Below are positions 53,372-64,000 of a stretch of 64,000 nt of DNA, piece after piece. A model generated the notes under the pieces. That model was not told where the DNA came from and did not search any database. It saw only the letters and a list, made by a program, of their open reading frames with translations. Source of the DNA: Octopus sinensis. Lineage: Eukaryota. A program made the position numbers and the translations under genes. Positions within the stretch are counted from its first letter, which is position 1; every line of letters begins with the position of its first letter. The stretch is taken from the NCBI RefSeq assembly GCF_006345805.1, contig NC_043003.1:8556001-8620000 (forward strand), given 5' to 3'.

Positions 53372-54429
53372 TAAGGGCAAGTAATCTTGTGTATATAGTA
53401 ATTATTATATATATTAATTATAATTAATATATATTTATAATTATGACAGGTGTAAATAGAAAAACGGAAAGAATGATAAGAATTCTCTGCTAGGCATAAA
53501 GTCCTGCGTCTTATGAGGTTCAGTCTAATAATCCTGATCCATCATCAAAGGCATTCCAGCAATGCCCAACCCATCTTATTTTCAGAATTATTCTACATTA
53601 AAGTACATTATGTAACGTGTCCTTTCTTCATTTTAAGCTTTTGCCCGTCCTCTGCTTTACATGTCCGTGTCAGGTCGCGCTTGGGCGCCACTGGTAACAT
53701 GTAACCCGGTACAACTTGTCGCATGGTCGGGTCGTCGGCGATTAAACTGGCAACCCCATCAAGCTTGCTTGGTGAGCAGGGTGATTGTTGGACACCCTGC
53801 AGGACGAAAAATAAGACCCGTCAAAGGGCGGAAGAACTACTGTGTAGTCAACAGCCAATTCAACAAGTACCTTGCCGCCTGAAGTGCCTGTGTGCCCCAT
53901 TGACCCGAAGAGCTATGCTGGAGGGAAATCTTCAAGCAGGTCTTACCAGGCCAGACAGGTCGAAGGGTAGGAGACAGACAAAACCTTAACAACAATAAAT
54001 CAAAGCTATGTCAGCAAGACCTAACAGATCAGATTCCTGGCTTTGAACTAGCAGGATGCCATGCAGAGGATCTTGAATACAAGACAATGGATGAGAGCCG
54101 TCTTTCTTTCCAGGAGCCAATATTATCATCTTCGACGTTACATTCTGGTAACCACTCCGTGATATATATTCTTTTATTCTTTTACTTGTTTCAGTCATTT
54201 AACAGTAGCCATGTTGGAGCACCGCCTTTAGTAGAGCAGAACGACCCCAAGACACATTTTTTGTAAGTCTAGTACTTCTTCTATCGATCCATTTTGCCGA
54301 TCCGCTAAGCTACGGGGACGTAAATGCACCCACATCGGTTGTCAAGCGATGGTGGCGGGGTGGAACAAACACAGACACACACAAATATATATATATACAT
54401 ATACATACATATATATATATATATGTATG

Positions 54430-54468
<39 letters not shown>

Positions 54469-54934
54469 GATCTTTACCTTTTGACCGGCAGATTTAGAAA
54501 ATAATTTTTTGTAACTAAACACTTTCAAACTTCGTATACTGGTAGAATGTGCCATAAAACATCTTTTACTCTTAGCGTTTTTGAGAAAAGTTTATATTTA
54601 CGAATTATTTCGTGTTAAAGTTGTCGTATTTCGGTAATTTCAACCAATCAATGACGTGCATTCAGCTGTGAGTTGAACAGTAAAAATGCGCAAAACCTTT
54701 TCTGAAGATCAAAATGTGATGTTTTCTTTATTTTATTATCTACTTTCCAACGATGGAGTTTTGTATCTTTGTTAGAAATCAGTTCCCCCCTCAGAGGAAG
54801 AGTCTAAATAATTACCAACTGAAGCGAAGATGCTTGCACACTCGTACATACATACGTATACACATACAGACACATACACACATGTATAAGTACATACACA
54901 CATGTTTATGTATACGTATGTATATATACATAGA

Positions 54935-55288
54935 TCTTTTACTCTTTTACTTGTTTCAGTCATTTGACAGCGGCCATGCAGGAGCACCGCCTTCAGTCGA
55001 GCAAATCGACCCCAGGACTTAGTCTTTGTAAGCCTGTTACTTATTCTATCGGTCTCTTAGGTCGAAACACTAAGTTACAGAGACGTCGGGCAAACACAGA
55101 CACACAAACACAGACACACACACACACACACAATGAGCTTCTTTCAGTTTCCGTCTACCAAATCCACTCACAAGTCTTTAGTCGTCTCGAGGCTATAGTG
55201 GAAGACACTTGACCAAAGTGCCACGCAGTGGGACTGAACCCGGAACCAAGTGGTTGGGAAGCAAGCTACTTACCACACAGCCACTCCT
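54935..55288 (-). mobile_element. SINE family A
   Basis: Head and tail match the family, with an internal deletion. Confidence 0.85.
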
Positions 55289-55309
55289 CAGCATATGTGT
55301 GTGTGTGTA

Positions 55310-55352
<43 letters not shown>

Positions 55353-55553
55353 ATATATTGAAATCTTTAAATTGTTTCAACCTCAAAGCTGCGGTCATGC
55401 TGGAGCACGACCGTTGAAAATGGAGTCTCGCGAGACAGATATAAAGACCCCCCCCCACACATATATATATATATATACACATATATATATACATATATAT
55501 ATATATATGCGCACACATATGTATGTAAATATACATATATGCATGTATACCTA

Positions 55554-55588
<35 letters not shown>

Positions 55589-56028
55589 ATTTACACACAC
55601 ACTCATATACACATATATGTTCAAAATCATGTGTATATGTTCATTTAACTACATGTAATCGTACATACTCTCTACCTACTTACCTATCTATCTATTTATT
55701 TACGTAAACATATTTGTGTGTGTTGGTGTGCGAGCGCGCGTACATGTATTTATGGTTCTTCCGCCACATGCAACTACAGCCAGGTATTAGCGTGCTGCGA
55801 GTGTAGAAAGCTATATATAGGCAGGCACTACCCTGTAGATTCTTTAACTTGACGTCAAACAGAAAGAAGATATATCAATCATTCCAAAACAGTGATGACC
55901 TTTCTTTATTGTTGCCTTTGCTACTTATGTAATCAAATTTTGCATTAGGTTTTTTTTACCGTTATCCGCATAATACAGGAATTTGCAAAATACTTCTCTA
56001 TTAAAATCTCTGTCTGTCTGTATGTCTA

Positions 56029-56084
<56 letters not shown>

Positions 56085-56515
56085 CTCTCTCTCTCTCAGA
56101 ATATGCCTCTCTCCCCTTCTCCACTAAAAGGTACGAAATTAAATTTCTACTTTCTTTACCTTTTACTCTTTGAAGTTAGTCGACTCCGTTCCCAAGTTTT
56201 TATTGTTTAAAAATCTGTCTGGTGCTTATTCTATCGTTCTCTTTTACCGTGACGCTGAGTTACGGGAGCGGAAACAAAATGGAAGAAAAAACAAACAAAC
56301 AGACACACAAAAGATACGCACATACTTACAGAATACAGTGATTTAAACAAATTATGATTTCTATATCTAGGATCTGAAATGCAACGCATATTCTCTCTAT
56401 TTGGTAATATAACCAGATGTAACTACGCGGTTTAAATACCTAATAAGTATCCGAAACTTCGTTGTTACCCTGATTGAAAAGCTAACGATTCTCTGAACAC
56501 GTTATTTAACTGTTT

Positions 56516-56575
56516 GTAAACTTATACTTCGGAGTCTCTCAATTCTTATTGAGAGACTCCGAAGTATAAGTTTAC
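56516..56575. repeat. Perfect 28-bp inverted repeat with 4-nt loop
   Basis: gtaaacttatacttcggagtctctcaat-tctt-attgagagactccgaagtataagtttac. Confidence 0.95.
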
Positions 56576-56578
56576 CAA

Positions 56579-56676
56579 CTGATGAAGGCTGGAGTGTATA
56601 TCAGCCGAAACGTTGTATTAACAGCAAACAAAATGAGGACAAATATCCTTCAAATGTAAATAATGTAAATAATCCC
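56579..56676 (+). mobile_element. 5'-truncated hammerhead tail of the same family
   Basis: CTGATGAaggctggagtgtatatcagccGAAACGTTgtatt..gaggacaaatatc..aatgtaaataatgtaaataa. Confidence 0.85.
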
Positions 56677-58033
56677 TCAAGTCATGTTAAGACATTTTAA
56701 AAAGAGGTGAAAATAATGGACAATGTGGCCTTTTCTTGCTTAAACCCTTAGCTCTCAGTGGAGCATAAGCTTTTGATAATTTTTTCTCCACTGTTTTCGG
56801 CTCCGGGTGATCTTTTCGGCTTCTCTTCAATAAAGAGGGAACCACGTATTTCCCTGAGTGGATGACACCCCTTCTAGGTCCTACTGGTTCTGAATTGCCA
56901 TCGGTGCTTCTATAACCTTGCTTTTAAACTAGGTGGAGGTGTTGGCCCTACGCAAACCCATTTTTACCGCTGGGAAGAGGTGGTTAATATTCATTGACTT
57001 GTCCGGCAAGGGAGACCATACTAACTGCTTCTGCTCCGGTGGCATAACCGTCAGGGTATTTGGGGCACAGAGGCCACATCACCGCAACAAGGACGGGCCC
57101 GTGTGGTGGAATGTGGACTTTAATATACACTGAAAAACAGGACGGTCATGGTGAGAAGACCTTTGTTTAAAAATCAGTCAGATGAAGACTGAACAGGCGT
57201 CAAATAACGACGGCAAAAACTACAGTGGAGGCGCAATGGACTAGTGGTTAGGGCAGCGGACTCGCGGTCGTAAGAACGCGGGTTCGATTTCCAGACCAGG
57301 CATTGTGAGTGTTCATTGAGCAAAAACACCTAAGCTCCACGAGGCTCCGGCGGGGGTTGTGGTGAACCTCGCTGTACTCTTTTACCACAACTTTCTCTCA
57401 CTCTTTCTTCCTACTTCTGCCACAAAGCAGAGGAACCATGGTGTAACCCACATTGGTGTGGTAAACTTTCAGACCCTTGTCTAGATTGCGAATCCTCTGT
57501 ATCCCAGGATGGTCAGCTCTCCACCCGTTAAAAGCCACTGTTTATGGAATGAGGATAACAGCGTAGCATTCGCGCCCGTGCAACCGCCAGTCTATTGCGT
57601 GTGGTGGGTGGATCTTCAAGTTGCCACACGCATTCTTAGTAGCTTAGAGTAGGCTCGAATTAGAGATTATTCTTTTTGGCTAATGGTATGAGTCCTGATT
57701 GGAAGGAGAAGAAGAACAACAACTGCAGCAGTAGCAGCAGCAGCAGGAGCAGCTAACTAGCATACATTCAGAATTCTCCAAGTAGGAGATAAAAAGCTTT
57801 TTCGACAAACCAACAGCTAGAAGTGATTTTCTCTCATTCATACACACACACACACGCACACACACATATATATATTTACATATATATGTATATATTTAAA
57901 GTGTAGCACGTAGGAATATGAAGCGGAAACACAGGCTAATGTTTGCCGCGTTCCGATGAGATAACTGTTTCCGAAATTATCTGTCTGACAAAGTGAGTCG
58001 TCCCTATTCATTATTCAGACACACCCACGCACG

Positions 58034-58084
<51 letters not shown>

Positions 58085-58141
58085 CACACACACACAAAAG
58101 CACAAGTACGTACATAGATATACACACATATACACGTTTGT

Positions 58142-58211
<70 letters not shown>

Positions 58212-58482
58212 GCGCTCGTGTGCGCGCCGCGCGTTTGTGTACGTGAAGGTGGTGAGGGTGTTAGACTCACGACCGCTAGATCGTGGGTTCGATTCCCGGG
58301 GCAGGCGATTCTTTGTGTTCTTGAACAAAACACTTCATTTCACGTTTGTTGGGCAACCATTTTAACAGAGTATGCGCGGCACATTTGTGCACCGGTCGAG
58401 GCACTATTGATTTGATGGAAGGAGTGAGCTAACGTGCGGCACAAACATTTGATAAACAAATCATCTAACGAGGCGAGAGTTC

Positions 58483-58521
<39 letters not shown>

Positions 58522-58918
58522 TTATTTATGTGTGTGTGTGCATATGTATGTGTAGATGGCGCATTGATCCAGTGGTTAGAGCGTCGGGTTCGCAATCGCG
58601 AGGTTGTGAGTTCGATTCTCCTACCTGGCTCTGTGTTGTGTTCTTGAGCAAGGTACTTTATTTCGCGCAGCTCCAGTTCACTCAGCCATAGAAATGAGTT
58701 GTGACGTCACTGGTGCCAAGCTGTATCGGCTTTTGTTTTCCCTTGGGTAACACTGATGGCGTGGAGAGGAGGCTGATATGCGTGGGCGACTGCTGGTCTT
58801 CCATAAACAAGTTTTCCCGGACTTGTGCCTTGGAGGGGAACTTTCTAGGCGCAATCCCATGGTTATTCCTGACCGAAGGGGGTCTGTACCCATATATATT
58901 ATATTATATTATATTATA

Positions 58919-59314
58919 CAAGCAGTATCGCCCGGCGTTGCTCGGGTTTGTAAGGGAAATAACTATATAAGCATTTTTAGAGAGTTATAGCCAAAAGATA
59001 GCAAAAAATGCATTAAAAAATGGAAAAAAAAATGATGGTAATTTTTTTAAAAAATCGTTGACTCATCGTAGACATTTTTAGAGAGTTACTTCCCTTTATT
59101 TAAAAATATGCATTAAAATGGAAAAAATGATGGTAAATTATTTTTATAATCGTAGACTCATCGTAGACGCGCGCTAATACCCAGAAGGGCTCGATATGAA
59201 TCACGACTATAAGATACTCGGTTTTGGTTACTCTGCACCGCAAAATGTGGGAGTAGTTAGGAATCTAAATCGTAGGAGACAGACAGCACACAACCTCACT
59301 TTTATATATAAAGA
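58919..59314 (-). mobile_element. Non-autonomous Helitron, same family
   Basis: Near-identical to 11176-11572; 3' end reads CTTG. Confidence 0.88.
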
Positions 59315-59480
59315 TTATACTATGTTATATTATATTATGGAACTTAACTGAGAGAAGAAAGCCACGAATGATCTTTTTTTTCGCCTGCCCTTCAATTGCT
59401 GTTTCGCTTGTCCGCCTCGTATCGTCTATCTGTCCGAATGTTTTATTGTCCTCTATTGCGTTTTTGTCCCATATATATAT

Positions 59481-59559
<79 letters not shown>

Positions 59560-59579
59560 ATATTATATATATATATATA

Positions 59580-59770
59580 GTTAATCCAAAGAAGAAAACA
59601 CAAAAAAACAAGAAAAACAAAAAAACACAGCAACGCGAGGACGTGGAACAATAAGGTATTATTGGACGCTCAGGAAAGAAGGGAAGAAGGAGGGTTTAAC
59701 GTTTCGAACGGAGCTCTTCGTCGGAAACATAGGAGAATGAAAGATCCCGAGAGGGAAGACACAGGAAAAA
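59580..59770 (-). mobile_element. Related hammerhead-like element
   Basis: Minus strand reads gtttCCGACGA-a-GAGC-tcc-GTTC-GAAACGTT-aaac (59694-59728), next to (TA)n. Confidence 0.5.
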
Positions 59771-60035
59771 AAATCGGCAGCGGTACTCACGAGGTCACAT
59801 ATTGAAAGACCGGAAGTAGAAAGGTGGAAGAATAATGTTTTTTAAAGCCAGGAGAGCTTTCAAAGGCAGTAGGTAGTATGTCAAAAGTCAGGCATGTTGA
59901 GAAGTGGTGAATGTTTGTGTAGGTGTAAGTGGTGGCGACACAAATGGAAAAATGGAGGTAGAAGAAGAAAGGTAAAGAAGGAAAAAGTACGAGAAAAAAG
60001 TTCGAGGAAAAAAGTAATTGTAGTCATATATATAT

Positions 60036-60066
<31 letters not shown>

Positions 60067-60823
60067 GCGGCGTACGTACACCCTTGTGCTCACCTTATAG
60101 TAGGTATGTATCTAAATTTTGTACGACTCTTACTCTATCTTTTATTCCCCCCTCTCATTTTTCTTCCTTTTTCTCGCTCTCCCTCTCTCACATTTCTTGG
60201 CCCTCTCTTTCTTTAACTCCCACTATTTCCCACTCGTTTATCTCCCCTGTACCTTTCTCTTTGTCTCTGATTTTTTCCAATCCTTCAATCCCGCTGTCCC
60301 AGACCCATCTCTCCTCCTTCCACGTGACCGGTGTCCGGCCAGCCACGATCTTTCTTTCTTGGCCTGACTGCCGACCGCTAACACCTCTTATGTCCATCTA
60401 TCTTCTTGCCTTTAGGCTTTTATTTCATACATGCCTGCTAAATTTGAATCGTTTTCAATCGAAAGACGCTTGTTGTTATTTCTTGTTGTTTGTATTCGTA
60501 ATTGTGTATCATGTTCTCCGTTCTTTTGTTCGTTTGTTTTTTGTCTCTGTTACCGTACACATTCGCTAGCTTTCTTACAAAAGGTTCTAATGCTCTTAGC
60601 TTAGACTTTTTCTTGAAGGCGGTGGGGGGGGGGGGCGACCAGATCGACCCCTCTCAAGTGTAACTGCCGAAATGGTCGTGACTTCTGGAAGTTGACTGAG
60701 GAAAGAAAGCCACGAATGACCCGTCTTTTTTTGCCTGTCCTAATTGTTGTTTCTCTTGTCCGCCTTTGTAGCATATATGTGTGTGTGCGCGCGTGTGGTA
60801 TGTGTGTGTATGTATGTATGTAT

Positions 60824-60856
<33 letters not shown>

Positions 60857-61298
60857 ATATATATATTATATATATATATATATATATATGTATTATATAT
60901 ATATATAATATACATATGCATACATACATACACACACCATATATATATATACATACATACACACACATACACACACACCACACACACACACATATATATA
61001 TATTAACAAAGTAAACAACAGGTTGTACTGTACTCTACATGGATAACCCAAAGGTTGGACAGAAAGAGCACAACAAGCGGAAATCAACAAAACAGAGCAT
61101 GTAGCAAAACAGACGATAACATAACAAACGGCAAACAGGACAAAAACAAGATACACGGATCATTCACAGCTGATTTCCTCTTCAGTCGGTGTCCGGAAAG
61201 TCCTTGCAGTTTCGCACTCCTTCTCCTCGAGACTGCTCGAATCCGGTGAGTGCCAGGAACTTAAAACTAAAACTTTCAAGCCTCTCTCTGTCTCTGTC

Positions 61299-61375
<77 letters not shown>

Positions 61376-62559
61376 AGTAGGTACTGTAAATTTAGAGTGA
61401 ATACTTGATAAGTGTAAGCACCTGTATATGCCAGATAAGTGGAAGAGGTGAGAGAGTATATATCCGTTATTACGTAATGACGGATTATTTATAAAGCTTG
61501 AAACACGTGTACGGCGATATCCTTTGTGTTCTGTTTTTAATTTATATTTGATATTTATATATATGTATATGTATATACAAATACATAAATGTATGTATGT
61601 ATGTACAGATGCATACACACTCACATGTATTCATGAAATATTGCTACACAATGCAACACATATTGCTTAACAAAAAAATATATAAAATGTATCTAATGAT
61701 CGACAATGCAAACTTTAGCTATCACTGGAATAAATCCTTTGATAAGAAACCTACATGGTATTCTATTAAGATCCTCTCCGAGTCATACTGACTCATAGGG
61801 CCGGTTTCCCAGGTTCTGTGGCGCGTATGTTCCCCAGTGGATGGGACGCTGGTCCGTCACATGATAGCTCAATTTTAGAAGCTGAATGGTCTGGAGCAAC
61901 GTGAAATGAAGTGCCTTGCTCAAGAACACAACGCACCATCCGGTCCTGGAATCGAAATCGCATTCTTACGATTATGAGTCCAACACTCTAACGACTAAGC
62001 CATGCACTTCTACACGGTACTCTATTAACTTGCTAAAGATAAACCTGACGTCATGCTGAACACAATAGGCATACAGATGTTTCCGATTCAGCCATGTGAC
62101 GTGTCTTTACGAAGGAGACGGAAGACCACACTTAGAAATGAATGGAAGACATCCCTTAGTTAAAAACAAAACATAAAGCACAGCTAAAAGTTAAAGACCT
62201 CATCACCGCCGCTGCCGCCGCCACCACCACCATCACCACTACCACACTGGCGTGTTAAGCATTGTGCGTGTGCGAGCTATATGCTTTGCGTGCGTGCGTG
62301 GGTGAATTGGAGTTGATCGGTCTTCAAACATTTTATTTCTTTGAGTTATTGGAATAAAAGACGAAATGTCATAAAATTGAAATTCAATCCGTTCCATTTC
62401 ATAAACAAGTAGCACAACTGATAAACAGACACTCACACTCACACTGACGCCCACTCACACTCACACACACACACAGAGTCTAGTCAAATTAACAGAACCA
62501 GAAGATAAAGATCGTCCTCTCATCGTCATCATCCGGTAAAATTTGTTCGGACATTTTAA

Positions 62560-62860
62560 ATCCGCACACGTCATCCGCACACGTCATCCGCACACGTCAT
62601 CCGCCTCGGCCCTGCATTGAGGGAGGTCTTCTGGGTGGCATCCAGTGTCTGTGGTGATTGATCTACAATACATTGTGTTCAGATGACCTGCTCGAGTACG
62701 GCCATGCTTTGGCATCCATAGCAGTAGACCACTTGCCAGCTCTTGTTTAGCTCGCCAGCGTTGTCCTGCAAAGCGCATGTGCTTTTCCCTTATAATGGCG
62801 GAAAAAAGGCAGATCTCCAAACTGCTGTTTCGTGATGGGATAAGTCCTCCAGGATATGAT
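62560..62860 (-). mobile_element. RTE-clade LINE 3' fragment with a 13-bp tandem tail
   Basis: MRFAGQRWRAKQELASGLLLWMPKHGRTRAG..DTG; (tccgcacacgtca)x3. Confidence 0.8.
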
Positions 62861-63068
62861 TAAGATCACTTATAACTGTTGTGATGGACGTCCCCAGGCG
62901 AGAAGTGAGCTAGTCCACTACTAATAAACGTGGTTTCTTGTTCAGTCCCACTGTGAAGCATTTTGGACAAGTCTACTCTATTATAAACCCAGGCAGACCA
63001 ATGTCGTTTGAGTGGATTTGGTTGACAGAAACTGTGTTTAAGCCTGACATATATATATATGGTGTCAT

Positions 63069-63118
<50 letters not shown>

Positions 63119-63405
63119 TCCCTTATCGCTTGACAATATACTGTGCTGGTTTGTTTACGCTCTTGTATATTCGCAGATCGACAAAAGAAACTGATAGATT
63201 AAGTAGCAATCTTTCAAAAAAAAAACCCCAAAGAAATACGATTAAGCTCTTCAAGACGGTGCCCCAGCTTGGTCGCAGTCCAATGACTGAAAGAAATAAA
63301 CGATAAAAGATGCATACGCAAACACACACCCTTACAATTATATACGCTTATGTATCCTATATATCTTAACGCCTCTCGATTAATATATATATATATATAT
63401 ATATA

Positions 63406-63829
<424 letters not shown>

Positions 63830-64000
63830 TATATACATGAACAATTGCAGCGTGGAAGATGTTTGTAAGCTATTTGTAAACCATTTAAGAACATACAAAA
63901 ACCGTTTGTTTCACTTCATCATTTAAATTAAATTTCTGCGAAAATATTTTCGTCGAGAAATTTAAATGTTGAAGTGAAACTAATGGTTTTTGTGTGTTCT

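Noticed and set aside
53675-53990. HDV-like ribozyme at the 5' end of the RTE-like repeat
   Set aside because: I could not fit the P1/P2/P3/P1.1 nested pseudoknot by eye; a covariance-model search would be needed.

Overview
This is AT-rich, microsatellite-dense eukaryotic DNA. The tRNA-derived SINE families strongly suggest an octopus/coleoid cephalopod, but that assignment is inferred. Almost all ORFs in the supplied track are microsatellite or SINE artefacts. One real gene is supported: a minus-strand secreted protein with an IgGFc-binding (FCGBP N-terminal)-like domain. I assembled it from four phase-1 coding exons (31597-31621, 15858-15902, 12133-12357, 628-1128), and it continues past position 1. 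The rest is transposon debris: several SINE families, mariner/pogo/hAT MITEs, non-autonomous Helitrons, RTE and CR1 fragments, and a 100-N gap. The most interesting signal is a family of elements carrying a minimal type I hammerhead ribozyme (GACAC-CTGATGA-A-GGCTG..CAGCC-GAAACGTT-GTGTT). At 1239-1542 this ribozyme tail is fused behind a tRNA-like Pol III head. It is amplified into tandem arrays (147-bp units at 48.4-49.4 kb; 87-bp units at 26.8-27.3 kb, sense within an intron). At all four loci it lies next to an inversion, as in Penelope-like insertions. This looks like a hammerhead-SINE/retrozyme system mobilised by Penelope-type machinery. Ribozyme activity and novelty are untested.
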